Shown here piece by piece: positions 38,905 through 50,186 of a stretch of DNA of 64,000 nucleotides (positions are counted from its first letter, which is position 1; every line of letters starts with the position of its first letter). The DNA is from Squalus acanthias. Lineage: Eukaryota. The notes below the pieces were generated by a model. That model worked only from the letters and a program-made list of their open reading frames with translations, was not told the DNA's origin and made no database searches. A program made the position numbers and the translations under genes. The stretch is taken from contig CM059432.1 of the NCBI GenBank assembly GCA_030390025.1, positions 117,926,001 through 117,990,000 on the forward strand. Reading direction: 5' to 3'.

Positions 38905-41900
38905 CTAGAGCCCGCGCAGCCCGTCTACCTCTGTCCACTCAGCTATGATGCGTGGAAGCGACCCCTGGTGGAAATGGAAGTAGAGAAACAGAAGGGTAGT
39001 TATTTGTTGGACACGGGAGCTTCTTGCACCGTGATTCATACAGATAGCCCTTTTGACTCACCGCTATCTACCAAGGTCCCATTCACATTTGCGGGGTTCA
39101 CGGGAAAAGAACAGGCTGGCGCGTTCTCCCTTCCGCTATCCATTCGTTTAGGAGCGCTCCACATTAAGTGGAAGTGCATACTGATGGAATGGCAGGAGGG
39201 GGGTGGAAGAGGTATCCTCGGGTCCGATCTCCTATCAGGACACGGGATCCTCGTGGACCTCAGAAATCACTGTCTCTGGGGGGCTAAGAGTGAAGAAGGC
39301 GAGGTAGTGGTAATTCTGGGGGAGGAAGAAACAGGGGTCCTGTGTACCATGAAGCCATCCGGAGGCTACGACCTCGGGCTTATGGTCGCAGATGTCCCAA
39401 CGGACATGCAAACGTACGTGTCAGATAATATGCACGCGTTTGCAACCCACAAGCACGATTGTGGGAGGGTTACCGGGTTTGAGGTCAGCGTAGATGGGGA
39501 CCCCATGACCCGGCCCCAAAAACAGTATAACTTCCCCAAAGAAGCAGAACCCGATATGGAGACAGCAATGTCCTCCTTGGTGCAGCAGGGCGTGTTGAGG
39601 CCGATAGCCACACACGTGAACTCCCCATTATGGCCAGTTAGGAAGCCGGATAATTCGTGGAGAGCCACGGTGGACTACAGAGTCCTTAACAGTAAAATTC
39701 CCGCCTGCGCGCCCACGGTAGCAGCAGTTGCTGACCTAATAGGAAGTATCCCAGCGTCCGCGTCCACGTTCACGTTGCTGGATATCTCGAACGGTTTTTG
39801 GTCCATCCCGCTGCGGCGAGAGGACCAGTACAAGTTTGCCTTTACTTTCAAAGGACAACAGTACACATGGAACTGTCTGCCACAGGGTTTCCACAACAGC
39901 CCCAGTATTTTCCATCAGTGTATGGCAGGAAGTTTAAAGGAGTTTAGTCAGCCCAATCAGATAGTGCAGTACGTGGATGATTTGCTCCTATTTACGGATT
40001 CAAGGGAGGAGCATGGACCACTGCTGGCCGAGTTATTGGAGCTGCTAGCAAGAAAGGGTTTTAAAGTGAACCCTAAGAAAGCACGTATCGGTCAGCAGGA
40101 AGTAAAATTCCTGGGGCTGACCATTCGCGCTGGAGAAAGAGCCATAGATAAAGCTAGGAGGGAGTCGGTGCAAGAGTTACCGATTCCCAACACCATAAGG
40201 GGTGTGAGGTCCTTCTTGGGACTGACCGGTTACTGCAGGGATTTTATCGAAGACTATGCGGCCATAGCGGCGCCGCTGCTCCGACTCCTCCATAAGGGAG
40301 TGGAGTGGTCTTGGGACGAGGGCTGCCAAGCAGCCTTCGAGAAGTTAAAAAGGGATCTGCAGACCGCGCCAGCCTTAGGGGCCATAGATGGGGGGAAGGA
40401 GTTTTTCCTGGAGGTAGCTGCCAGCGGGGACAGCTTGAGCGCTGTACTGCTCCAAGAGCGTCACGGCAAGCTGAGGCCGGTTGTCTATTCGTCCAGGGTG
40501 TTAACGGATGTGGAGAGAAGTTTCTCCAATTGCGAAAGGCACCTTTTAGCCACGCATTGGGCTGTGAAAAGATCAGCGATCTTCACAGGGCTCTCTCCCA
40601 TCACTCTCCTCACCCATCACACACCAACTAAGATGCTTCTAGATGGGAGGATTAAAGATGGGACCGTAAGCAGCGTGCGTATTGCGCGCTGGACCCTTCT
40701 TCTTTCCCAGATGGATCTTAGAGTTAAAGGTCTTTGCGAGCCCAGGCTTGCGGCCAATTTGGTATACCCCGGTACAGCCGGTGTTCGGTGGAAGGGGTGT
40801 GGGAAGTCAACATAGGTTTGCGGGCCGGGATACATCCCACTGGGCGCGAGATTTATGTTGATGGTTCCAGCACAGTATCTGCTGGCGAACGACTCACAGG
40901 GTGTGGAGTTTATGACCCTGCGGCAAACCTTGCCCTGGCGATCAAGCTCCCTAGCACCATGAGCGCGCAGCAGGCTGAGCTGTCTGCAGTGGTGTACGTC
41001 GTTACCCACCCAGAAATTTTCCCAACCCCATACACGATTTGCTCGGACAGTATGTTCACATGCAATTCGTGTACGGAATACCTGGCCATTTGGTCCCGCC
41101 GTGGATACACCTCCGCGGACGGGCGACCTTTAACGGTGAAGCCCTTGCTGGAAAAAATCCTAGCAGCAGTAGGGGAGGAAGGAGAGATTTTCATCCATAA
41201 GGTGAAAGCTCACTCCTCCACAGAGCCCCGTGGGGAGGGCAACCAGCAGGCGGATGCGCTAGCCAGGGAAGGTGCCCGCAACGGCATTTTCTGGGACCCC
41301 TATGGGCCCAGACCCATGGCAGCGATCCAAGGCAGGGACGGGAATCCCGGGAACACCAGGGTAGCATTGCCCCTAGACCTTAAGACCGTCCAGAACCAGG
41401 ATCCCGCCCTAAAAGCAGTCCTAAAAACCATTGCTGAGGGGAAGCAGGTAGAGGGTCCGTACAGTACGGCAACCCTCTCAGTTAAGGAAGGCATGCTGTT
41501 CCGCGAGGAGCAGTGGGTTGTGCCGCAGCAGCACAGGAGGGAGTTCCTCCAGCTGGCTCACGAGGGACCAGGGGCAGGGCACCCCGGGCCCGAGGTTACC
41601 TGGCAACGGGTAGAGCAAGCGGGATGGTGGCCGGGGCTCAGGGAACAGGTCTGCGAGTTCTGTGCAAGCTGTCTCGTGTGCGCTGCAAACAACCCAGACC
41701 CCCAGAAAAGGAAAGTGCCCATGGGGCACGTAAGGAGGGTAGAGGGACTATGGCAGTCGATACAGATCGACTATATAGGGCCCCTGCCCACCACCCAGGG
41801 AGGCTATAAATACTGCCTCGTCTTGGTGGATGTGTTTTCCAAATGGGTGGAAGCCTTCCCCTGTAGAACAGCTACGGCACTGGGTACTGCAAAAATCTTG

Positions 41901-43388
41901 GTCCGGGAAGTGTTCTCGCGGTGGGGACTTCCCCGTTTTGTGGAGTCAGACCAAGGGAGTCATTTCACCGGCCAGGTGATGCAGAACACCCTCATGCTTT
42001 TGGGCATTGAAGGGAAATGGCACGTAGCACACAATCCCCAGTCATCCGGGATTGTTGAACGCATGAACCGGACCCTGAAGGAAAAATTGAGGAAAGAGAC
42101 TAGGAACTCGCCCCAAAAATGGGCGGAGGTTCTGCCTTTAGTCCTCATGGGGGTCCGGGCCAGTCAGTCGAAAAGTACGGGGTATTCCCCGCACGAGGTG
42201 ATGACTGGGAGGATCATGCGAACCCCCACCCATGTGCTAGCGCCGGTGCTCACTGTGGGTCAGCTCCAAGAGATAAGCAGGGACAAGTTCGCCCAGACCC
42301 TCTTGGAGCGCCTGAAGCAGGTGTATGAGCAGGCGGCTGGGAGCATGGGAAGGCAGCATCAGGGCAATCGCCTGTTGCTGGAACCCCGCAAAACGCGGGA
42401 GTGGGAAGTAGGAGACCAGGTTATGGTCAGGAACTATGCTAGAGTAGGGAGTCTAGAACCACTGTATATGGGACCCTACAATATTGTAGATAAAGCGAGT
42501 CCCATGGTATACGCCGTAAAAGTACCTCGGCGCACTAAGTGGTTCCACGTAAACCAGTGCAAACTGTACAAGCCAGGTGCACAAGGGAAAACCACAGGGG
42601 CAAAACCTGCGAGTGGGGACTCGCAGCCCCAGGTAGGACCACAGGGCACACAGGCAGGCAAAGCAGCCTGCATCAGGGAAGGAGGCATCCTGGAAAATTG
42701 TGAAACATTTTTGTGGGGTTGGGAGTCAGATGAGGGAGAGTTCCAGGAACTCGACGAAGATGAGGATAGTGATGAGGACGAGTGGGAATCGGAGGACGCA
42801 AGGGTCGCCCCCGATTCAGGTATAGGGAGGACAGGGGCTGCAGATAGAGATCCACATAGGGTGGACACCGAGGCTGCAGGTCCCGAACACAGGGGGGAGG
42901 AGCTAGGGGAGGCGGAGCCAGCCGCTGTGGGACCACAGGGCGTGACGGTGGGAACCTCAGAGCCCGAGCCGCCCGCCTTGAACGTCTTGCCCTCGAGGGA
43001 GATAAGGACTGCGAGTGAAGGGTCGCCTGCTGGGCCGAGCAGGGCGGTGCCACAAACTGCAGGTCCCGAGGTCAGGGAGGCGAGGTCAGGGGAGACGGAG
43101 TCAGCGACTGTGGTGGGACCACCGGTCGTCCCGGTGGAAGTCTCGGAACCCGGTCCGTCGGTCCTGGGATTCCTGCCCCCGGCAACTCCTCGCAGGTCAG
43201 GTCGGATACCCCAGCCCAGGAAGATGTGGTCATGTCCCCAGACTGCCCCAAGGCGTAGGCTCAAGGTTAGGGCAGCCCAGGAAGGGCCCAGTCCCATCGC
43301 AGCAGCAACAGGCTGCGGCAGATCAAAGGGAGGGGTCAATGCCCTCCCACCGTCGGGAAGAGCTCGCGGCAGCCTTTTCAGAATTTAA
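38905..43388 (+). pseudogene. pol: Pol: protease, RT, degenerate RNase H (tether), RNase H, integrase; one frameshift near 40780
   Basis: LLDTGAS, GILGSDLL; LDISNGFW, LPQGFHNSP, YVDD; IYVDGSS..SAQQAEL..CSDS..KVKAH..GNQQADALA; HHCC (AHEG..GH..CASCLVC), QIDYIGP, SDQGSHF, SGIVERMN, MGPY. Confidence 0.95.
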
Positions 43389-43696
43389 AGGGGCCGCCCT
43401 GGGAACGGGCGGCGCTGTACAGTTTATAAGTTTAAGGTTAAGAACAAGTTTCTAGGTTTATAGTTTAAGGTTAAGAATAAGTTTATAGTTTTAAATCAGG
43501 TTAAGTTTGTAGTTTAATTTTAACAGAAAATGGTAAAATGATGGGAGTTTTAGAGATAGGTTTAGTTAAAGTTTATTCAGCGAACATTGAAGTTTACGTG
43601 AGGCGAGGTCAGGGGACCCGCTCACCCTTCACAAAAGCCGGAGACTCTTGCGAGGCTGGCTACCTCATTCTATCTGATCACAGGAACCAAGGAAGG

Positions 43697-46048
43697 ATGG
43701 AACGAATTCTAGTATTGCTCGCGGCAATCGGATGTGGATTGGCCTATCGAGGCCGCACCAAGGATGTCGTGGTGTTTGGATGCTCCGGGGACACGGCCCC
43801 CATCGCGGTGGATGGGACCGGAAGACGGGAGGCTGAGGAGACCACCACCTATTTCCACAAGGGAAGGTGGCCAGGATGGCTGGGAACGAACTCAACGGAG
43901 TATTCCAGCACATCGGGGTTTGCCTACCAAGAGACTTCTTTACTGTGCCCCAAAGTACGGATCATCGCACCCAGGATCAGCGTCACCGTCGGCAAGCGGA
44001 TTTGTTTGACTTGTAGTGGGAATGTCCCATTGAGCCGATGGTGGTGGCTGCGAAAGCTGAGCAAAAACATGAGGAACTCTTCGGTCGAGTGGGAACGACT
44101 GGGTAATAATACCCATCGGACAATTACGGGGACAAACGGACAAGTGAGAGTCTGTTGGGACAAATGGTGGGAACCGGATGAGGGAATCTATGTATGTATG
44201 TGGGGGTGAAAGTACGCTTGCCCCAAAGGCATCTCCATATTTTTCATTAATCAATGGCAGGATAACGGACAGGGGATGAGGTGGGATGCGAGCACCAGGG
44301 GGTGCGGAGCCCCATACTCTTCGATCCCGGTAAATGCCACTGAACTCATTACGCGCCCACGCAAAGCCCCGCCCACGATTCCGGTGGTTCTAGCTAAGGA
44401 AGAAGGGTGCCCTAAAACCAGTAAGGGACCCGGGAATGGTTTGGTACTGGTCCCCACAGACCAGATACTATTTCAGGGGGTACATTACGCGGTGGCCTCG
44501 GTGATTTTAAATCTCACCAAGGTGCGGTTACCAGAGTGGTGCCCCAAAAAGACGGAACAGTTGTATCAGGTCCTGTTGACCAGGATGTTCAGACAATTTT
44601 ACGAATTCGATTTCGCGGAAATTGATAAAACAAGTTTGTACACCGCACCACATGAAGTTTCTGATCAGGTGGGGAGGCAAAGAAGGGGTGTTGTGAACGA
44701 CGCGTTCACTGCTTTCAACACAGGTACATCTGTGGTCAACGCTCTAGACAGCGTGGAGCTGCAGACCCAGATTAATGGCTTAAAAACGCAATTAAAAGAC
44801 ATTCTCACAGATGAAAATAAAGTGGTTGGGTCGGGTTTACACGAGGACCAAGCCATGACTCTCCATTTAAAGGAAATTATAGCAGAGCTAGAGAAACACG
44901 CGAGAACGGTAAATGCCCTGATCAGGGAAGATCGGAATGCATCCGATCAAGCTGCGCAGAACGAGGTGTGCGTGCTTTACGGGGCGTGGTTACTGGGCGA
45001 GGGCCGCAGTAATTTGGAGGATTTAAAACAAGGTTTGGTCCCGTCCTGGATAAGTAACAAACACCTGCGGGCGCTCCACCCTTTTCAGAACGCATTAAGC
45101 CCGTGCCAGCTCAGGCTAGCTTCAGAAGCATACCTAGTCCCCGTGGACTGCAGACGATCAAACCGTACTATCATGGGTATAGTATTACGCATGCTGGTTT
45201 TGGGCGACACAGCAAAGCCCGCCCCGGTGTATCGGGTAGAGAACATTGGTGTCATTCAGGGGGGAGCCCACATTCGCTATGCAGCGGTTCCACCCTACGT
45301 CATCCGCTGGGAGCAAACGATGACAGGTACAGATCTCTCTGGTTGTCGTGGCAGGGGAGCACACATAATACTGTGTCCCCAGCACTCGAATGCCTTCTTA
45401 ACACCACAGTGCGGGTTCAGAACGGCTGGCGCCAAGTCCATGAATTGCACCATGGAGGCAATGGCACAAGATCATGTGCCTCCGCAGGTAGCATACATCG
45501 GGGGTGGAACATATTGTGTTACCACTGCAGCGCAACACTACCAGCATGGAAACCGTAGCCGGTGTCCGGTGAGTGACAGCAGTTTCTGTTTCAAACCCCG
45601 GGCGGAAGTTCAAGTAGCACAACAGCGAATTGTCCCAATCCCTGAACCATCCACGGTTCATCTCACCGTAAAAGAGAACTTCACCGACCTGCAGCGATTC
45701 GTCGCGCATTTCGGATACCTCATTCCCCCTCTCCCTGAACACCTCACCAAGCTTTTAAAAGCCGTCGCGGTGTCACAAAAACATTTTTACACACTAGAAC
45801 AGAAAACTGTCGAAATAGGGACAGACATTCTGGACATAGTAATTCCACCGTGGTGGAATCTGTTCACCAACATTGAAGTGCCGTCCTGGATTAGAATAGC
45901 CTCCCACATTTTAGTTGTATGCCAAGTGTTTATTGTGGTATACCTATTGGTCGTACATTGTAAGAGAGGCAAACACCTCACCAAGCACGAAAACACGGGA
46001 GAGTGGCGAGAACGTTACGTGCGCGTGCACAATGAAAGCACCATGTAA
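43697..46048 (+). pseudogene. env: Envelope glycoprotein, 783 codons with one in-frame TGA at 44207-44209: signal peptide, Ig-like domain, class I fusion protein
   Basis: MERILVLLAAIGCGLA signal; ORFs 43538-44209 and 44276-46048 are in one frame with 22 open codons between; furin site RQRR (44675-44686), heptad repeat, Cys-rich region, TM IASHILVVCQVFIVVYLLVV; splice-acceptor-like ctcattctatctgatcacag ending 43683. Confidence 0.85.
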
Positions 46049-46484
46049 TCGGAAAATGGCGTCACTCCCGCTTGCCACGTGCGCCTCGGAAGTGTTGTAC
46101 TCGATCGTGATTTTTCAGAAACTGTAAATACGTTTGGAACTCGACATGTTTAAGAGTTGGTTTTGATTATTTTGGTGATGGTGTTGTTGTTGAAGATGAT
46201 TGTTTGGTTTTGTTTTGTTTTTCCTTTCCCTAAATAAAAAAATGTGAATATACAGGTGATACGAGAGGCATCGGCCTGGTTACGCCTGGAAGGAAAACAA
46301 GTGGTGTAAGTTTAAAGGCAAATAATGCCTACGGTGCTATAAAATGTAATTTTCTTGGGAAATAAGGACGACGCAAAGACCCTAGATAGTTTAAGTTGTG
46401 GGATTAATTTTCTGGATCTGGAGAAATCGAGATAATATCGCTCACCACAATATTTTTGATACGATAAGCGGAGTTATTCGCATC

Positions 46485-46496
46485 AACAGGAGGGAC
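46485..46496 (+). other. Polypurine tract
   Basis: AACAGGAGGGAC immediately before the 3' LTR TG. Confidence 0.7.
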
Positions 46497-48177
46497 TGTA
46501 GAATTCGCAATATATCGCGATTTTATAAATAAGGAGAAAACACATAGTTTCGTTCAAACAGCTTTTATTTCAGCAGAATGCTGTCAGGTTTTCAAAGTGG
46601 ACACAAGCAGCCTGTAAAATGGCCGCCACGCCTCGTGGCAGAACATTCTAGACTTTTCGACAGGCAGACAAGATGGCGTTCCAATAAACATTTGTGCAAG
46701 ATCGATCAAGACTAAGCACATCTAAGATAATACACGAGACATCATGGGTTTGCAGTATACACATAAATACTGAAATCGGTTCCCCGGGTGCGAATAAGGG
46801 CTATTGTACCAAGTAATCAAGAACCCATCCAAAGACATTAATATGCAAAATCCCAACGACTCTACGATGAGAGAGCCGTTAGCGGGTAGTTACAGAAAAC
46901 ATTTGGAAGCCCCAAAACCCCTCCAGGGAGAATACCGACCGATTACACAATGGGAGAAATATTAACAGGTACTCAGACAGTTACGAGTATCCCCGAAACC
47001 CATTAAAACGGAGATCACCCTATACAAGAAATTTGAGCGCCAAACCCTAACAAAAGAAAAGACATTAAGGTTGGGCGGGAAAAGGAGGATTTTGCACTAT
47101 AACTGCAAGCTCCAACCGTCCATCTTTCTCTTATCCTCTTATCCTGCTGGCGTTTATCCTCGTGGCTGCTCTTGTGCTCTTATCCCTTCGACTCCGTGCC
47201 GTTTGCCTCGTGTCTCTTTTCAAAAGACTGTTGAACTTTACGATCCGCCCGGATCTACCTCGTGGCGTGCCGCGAAGATCTGTGTGGAACTGGGCTGTGA
47301 AGCCTTGAAACGGACGCACCATCCCGAGAAGTCGGTAAACGGTGCTGGAACCGAAGGCCGGAGATGAGATGAGATGAGATGAGAAGAGAAGAAGACCATA
47401 CGTATCGCCATGGTCAGTAAGCTCCGACCGCGCCTGTAGGTCGAATAGACATTTTCCTTGCCCAGGAAGACCTTCTTTGAGTTTTACAGAACTGGCAGGA
47501 AGACTCTTCCTTGAGTTTTATCGAACCGGTGTGAGGGCACAGGAAGACTATTTTTCGAGTCATGTCGGAACTCCGAGGACAACACAGATCTTCATGACAG
47601 CAGATGTTCCAGCCTGCTAGCCGGAGCAGAAACGAGTAAACAAGTGGGGCACAGAGACCCCTGACCAACACGTGGGTGATCAGGTGCTGTGGTGGAAAAA
47701 CATCCGATCAGATCCGAGTTATCACGAGTGGTGAGCATGAGTCTCGATCCTACCAGTCTAGTTTAGAGTAGGTATTGATAGGGGAGGGTTTAAGTTTTAA
47801 GGATAACTGTAATGTGTGCCCCCATTTATGATGTGTCGTTCGTTCCTCGTTTCCCTGAAATTAGTTACATAACTGCGTGTAAGATTGTACTGTCATTAAT
47901 CTGTGCTTATGACATGTATTTCGTAATCTTGAATAATATGCAATAAAGATTTTCCATTTCGTACCATTCAACCGGGTCTACCTGAGTTTTCTCTCCATTA
48001 CTGCTCTCGCACCTAAGTCCAGTGTCAGAACCGTAAGGGCGAGTGGGTCGAACCACTCACAGGTGTCTAGTGCTCCCAGACTGGCTGGAGACCAGAACAG
48101 GCAACAAGGTAAACCCGCACTAGCATCCAGGCTGCACAGAGCCACACGAATCTCACAGGTTCAGAGAAACCCTTACA
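46497..48177 (+). repeat. 3' LTR (1681 bp)
   Basis: Direct repeat of 35413-37095; AATAAA at 47942-47947. Confidence 0.97.
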
Positions 48178-48272
48178 GCCAGGAAGGTACCACATCAAAG
48201 ACATAGCAAGATACAACTGAGACAATGAGGTGGAGTCACAGGGGGTCTAACGTGTCAAAAGCTGCCGTCTGT

Positions 48273-50186
48273 AGATGCATCAACGCCAGATTCATCAGCC
48301 GCACTCACAAGACAGTCCAGAATGTCACCCGAGCACAACGCAACGCCATCCACGCTCTCAAGACCAACCGCAACATCGTCATCAAACCAGCGGACAAAGG
48401 AGGAGCCATCGTCATACAGAACAGAACGGACTATTGTAAAGAAGCTTACCGACAACAGGACAACCAGGAACACTGCAGACAGCTACCCGCAGATCCGACC
48501 AAAGAACACACCCGCCAACTCAATAGACTGATCAAGACCTTCGATCCAGACCTTCAAAACATCCTACGCGCTCTCATCCCACGTACTCCCCGCGTGGGAG
48601 ACTTCTACTGCCTCCCAAAGATACACAAAGCCAACACACCCGGACGTCCTATCGTATCAGGCAATGGAACCCTGTGTGAGAACCTCTCTGGATACGTCGA
48701 GGGCATTCTGAAACCCATCGTACAGGGAACCCCCAGCTTCTGTCGCGACACTACAGACTTCTTACAGAAACTCAGCACCCACGGACCAGTTGAACCAGGA
48801 ACACTCCTCGCCACGATGGACGTATTGGCACTCTACACCAGTATCCCCTACGATGACGGCATCGCTGCGACAGCCTCAGTACTCAACACCAACAACAGCC
48901 AATCTCCAGACGCCATCCTACAACTCATCCGCTTCATCCTTGACCACAATGTCTTCACCTTCGACAACCATTTTTTTACCCAAACACACGGAACAGCCAT
49001 GGGGACCAAATTCGCACCCCAATACGCCAACATCTTCATGCACAAGTTCGAGCAAGACTTCTTCGCTGCACAGGACCTCCAGCCAACGCTGTACACCAGA
49101 TACATCGACGACATTTTCTTCCTTTGGACCCATGGCGAAGGATCACTGAAAAGACTACACGATAACATAAACAAGTTCCATCCCACCATCAAACTCACCA
49201 TGGACTACTCCTCAGAATCGGTTTCATTCCTGGACACACGAATCTCCATCAAAGACGGACACCTCAGCACTTCACTCTACCGCAAGCCCACGGACAACCT
49301 CACGATGCTCCACTTCTCCAGCTTCCACCCTAACCACGTTAAAGAAGCCATCCCCTATGGACAAGCCCTGCGAATACACAGGATCTGCTCAGACGAGGAG
49401 GAACGCGATGGACACCTACGGACGCTGAAAAACGCCCTCGTAAGAACGGGATATGACGCTCGACTCATCGATCGACAGTTCCGACGGGCCACAGCGAAAA
49501 ATCGCATAGACCTCCTCAGAAGGCAAACACGGGACACAACCAACAGGGTACCCTACGTCGTCCAATACTTCCCCGGAGCGGAGAAACTATGCCATGTTCT
49601 TCGCAGCCTTCAACATGTCATCGATGACGACAAACACCTCGCTAAGGCCATCCCCACGCCTCCACTACTTGCCTTCAAACAGCCGCCTAACCTCAGAAGT
49701 ACCATCGTTCGCAGCAAATTACCCAGCTTTCAGGATAACAGCGACCACGACACCACACAACCCTGCCACGGCAAACTCTGCAAGACATGCCAGATCATCA
49801 ACACAGATACCACCATCACACATGAGGACACTACCCACCAGGTACATGGTACATACTCATGTGACTCGGCCAACGTTGTCTACCTCATAAGTTGCAGGAA
49901 AGAATGCACCACGGCATGGTACATCGGCGAGACCATGCAGACACTGAGACAACGTATGAACGAGCACCGCACAACAATCGCCAGGCAGGATTGTTACCTC
50001 CCAGTCGGGGAACACTTCAGCAGTCAAGGACATTCAGCCTCGGATCTGCGGGTAAGCGTTCTCCAAGGCAACCTTAGAAACACACGACAACGCAAAATCA
50101 TCGAGCAGAAACTGATAGCCAAGTTCCGCACTCATGAAGACGGTCTCAACCGGGATCTTGGGTTTATGTCACGATACATGACGTGA
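48273..50186 (+). CDS. Penelope-like ORF, C-terminal 637 codons: RT plus GIY-YIG endonuclease
   Basis: IKPADKGG, LPKIHK, GRPIVS, MDVLALYTSIP, GTAMGTKFAP, RYIDDIF; Cys linker PCHGKLCKTC; NVVYLISC..C..WYIGET..LRQRMNEH..HF..H..GLN; no stops. Confidence 0.95.
   Translation, partial: RCINARFISRTHKTVQNVTRAQRNAIHALKTNRNIVIKPADKGGAIVIQNRTDYCKEAYRQQDNQEHCRQLPADPTKEHTRQLNRLIKTFDPDLQNILRALIPRTPRVGDFYCLPKIHKANTPGRPIVSGNGTLCENLSGYVEGILKPIVQGTPSFCRDTTDFLQKLSTHGPVEPGTLLATMDVLALYTSIPYDDGIAATASVLNTNNSQSPDAILQLIRFILDHNVFTFDNHFFTQTHGTAMGTKFAPQYANIFMHKFEQDFFAAQDLQPTLYTRYIDDIFFLWTHGEGSLKRLHDNINKFHPTIKLTMDYSSESVSFLDTRISIKDGHLSTSLYRKPTDNLTMLHFSSFHPNHVKEAIPYGQALRIHRICSDEEERDGHLRTLKNALVRTGYDARLIDRQFRRATAKNRIDLLRRQTRDTTNRVPYVVQYFPGAEKLCHVLRSLQHVIDDDKHLAKAIPTPPLLAFKQPPNLRSTIVRSKLPSFQDNSDHDTTQPCHGKLCKTCQIINTDTTITHEDTTHQVHGTYSCDSANVVYLISCRKECTTAWYIGETMQTLRQRMNEHRTTIARQDCYLPVGEHFSSQGHSASDLRVSVLQGNLRNTRQRKIIEQKLIAKFRTHEDGLNRDLGFMSRYMT

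Larger units (their letters stand above)
35413..48177 (+). mobile_element. Full-length endogenous retrovirus-like provirus (lokiretrovirus-like), LTR-gag-pol-env-LTR, 12,765 bp
   Basis: Near-identical LTRs with TG/CA ends; TSD GCCA (35409-35412 / 48178-48181), confirmed by the uninterrupted pLTR copy near 50385; PBS, PPT, gag, pol with two RNase H-like domains, env. Confidence 0.95.

Noticed and set aside
42476..43339. 287-aa antisense ORF over the integrase tail (possible HBZ-like gene)
   Set aside because: Low-complexity GC-rich shadow of the sense frame with no recognisable domain; not supported without transcript or conservation data.
43420..43520. AT-rich short repeats (agtttaaggttaagaa) between pol and env as a CRISPR-like array
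   Set aside because: Degenerate tandem duplication without unique spacers, in a eukaryotic provirus.
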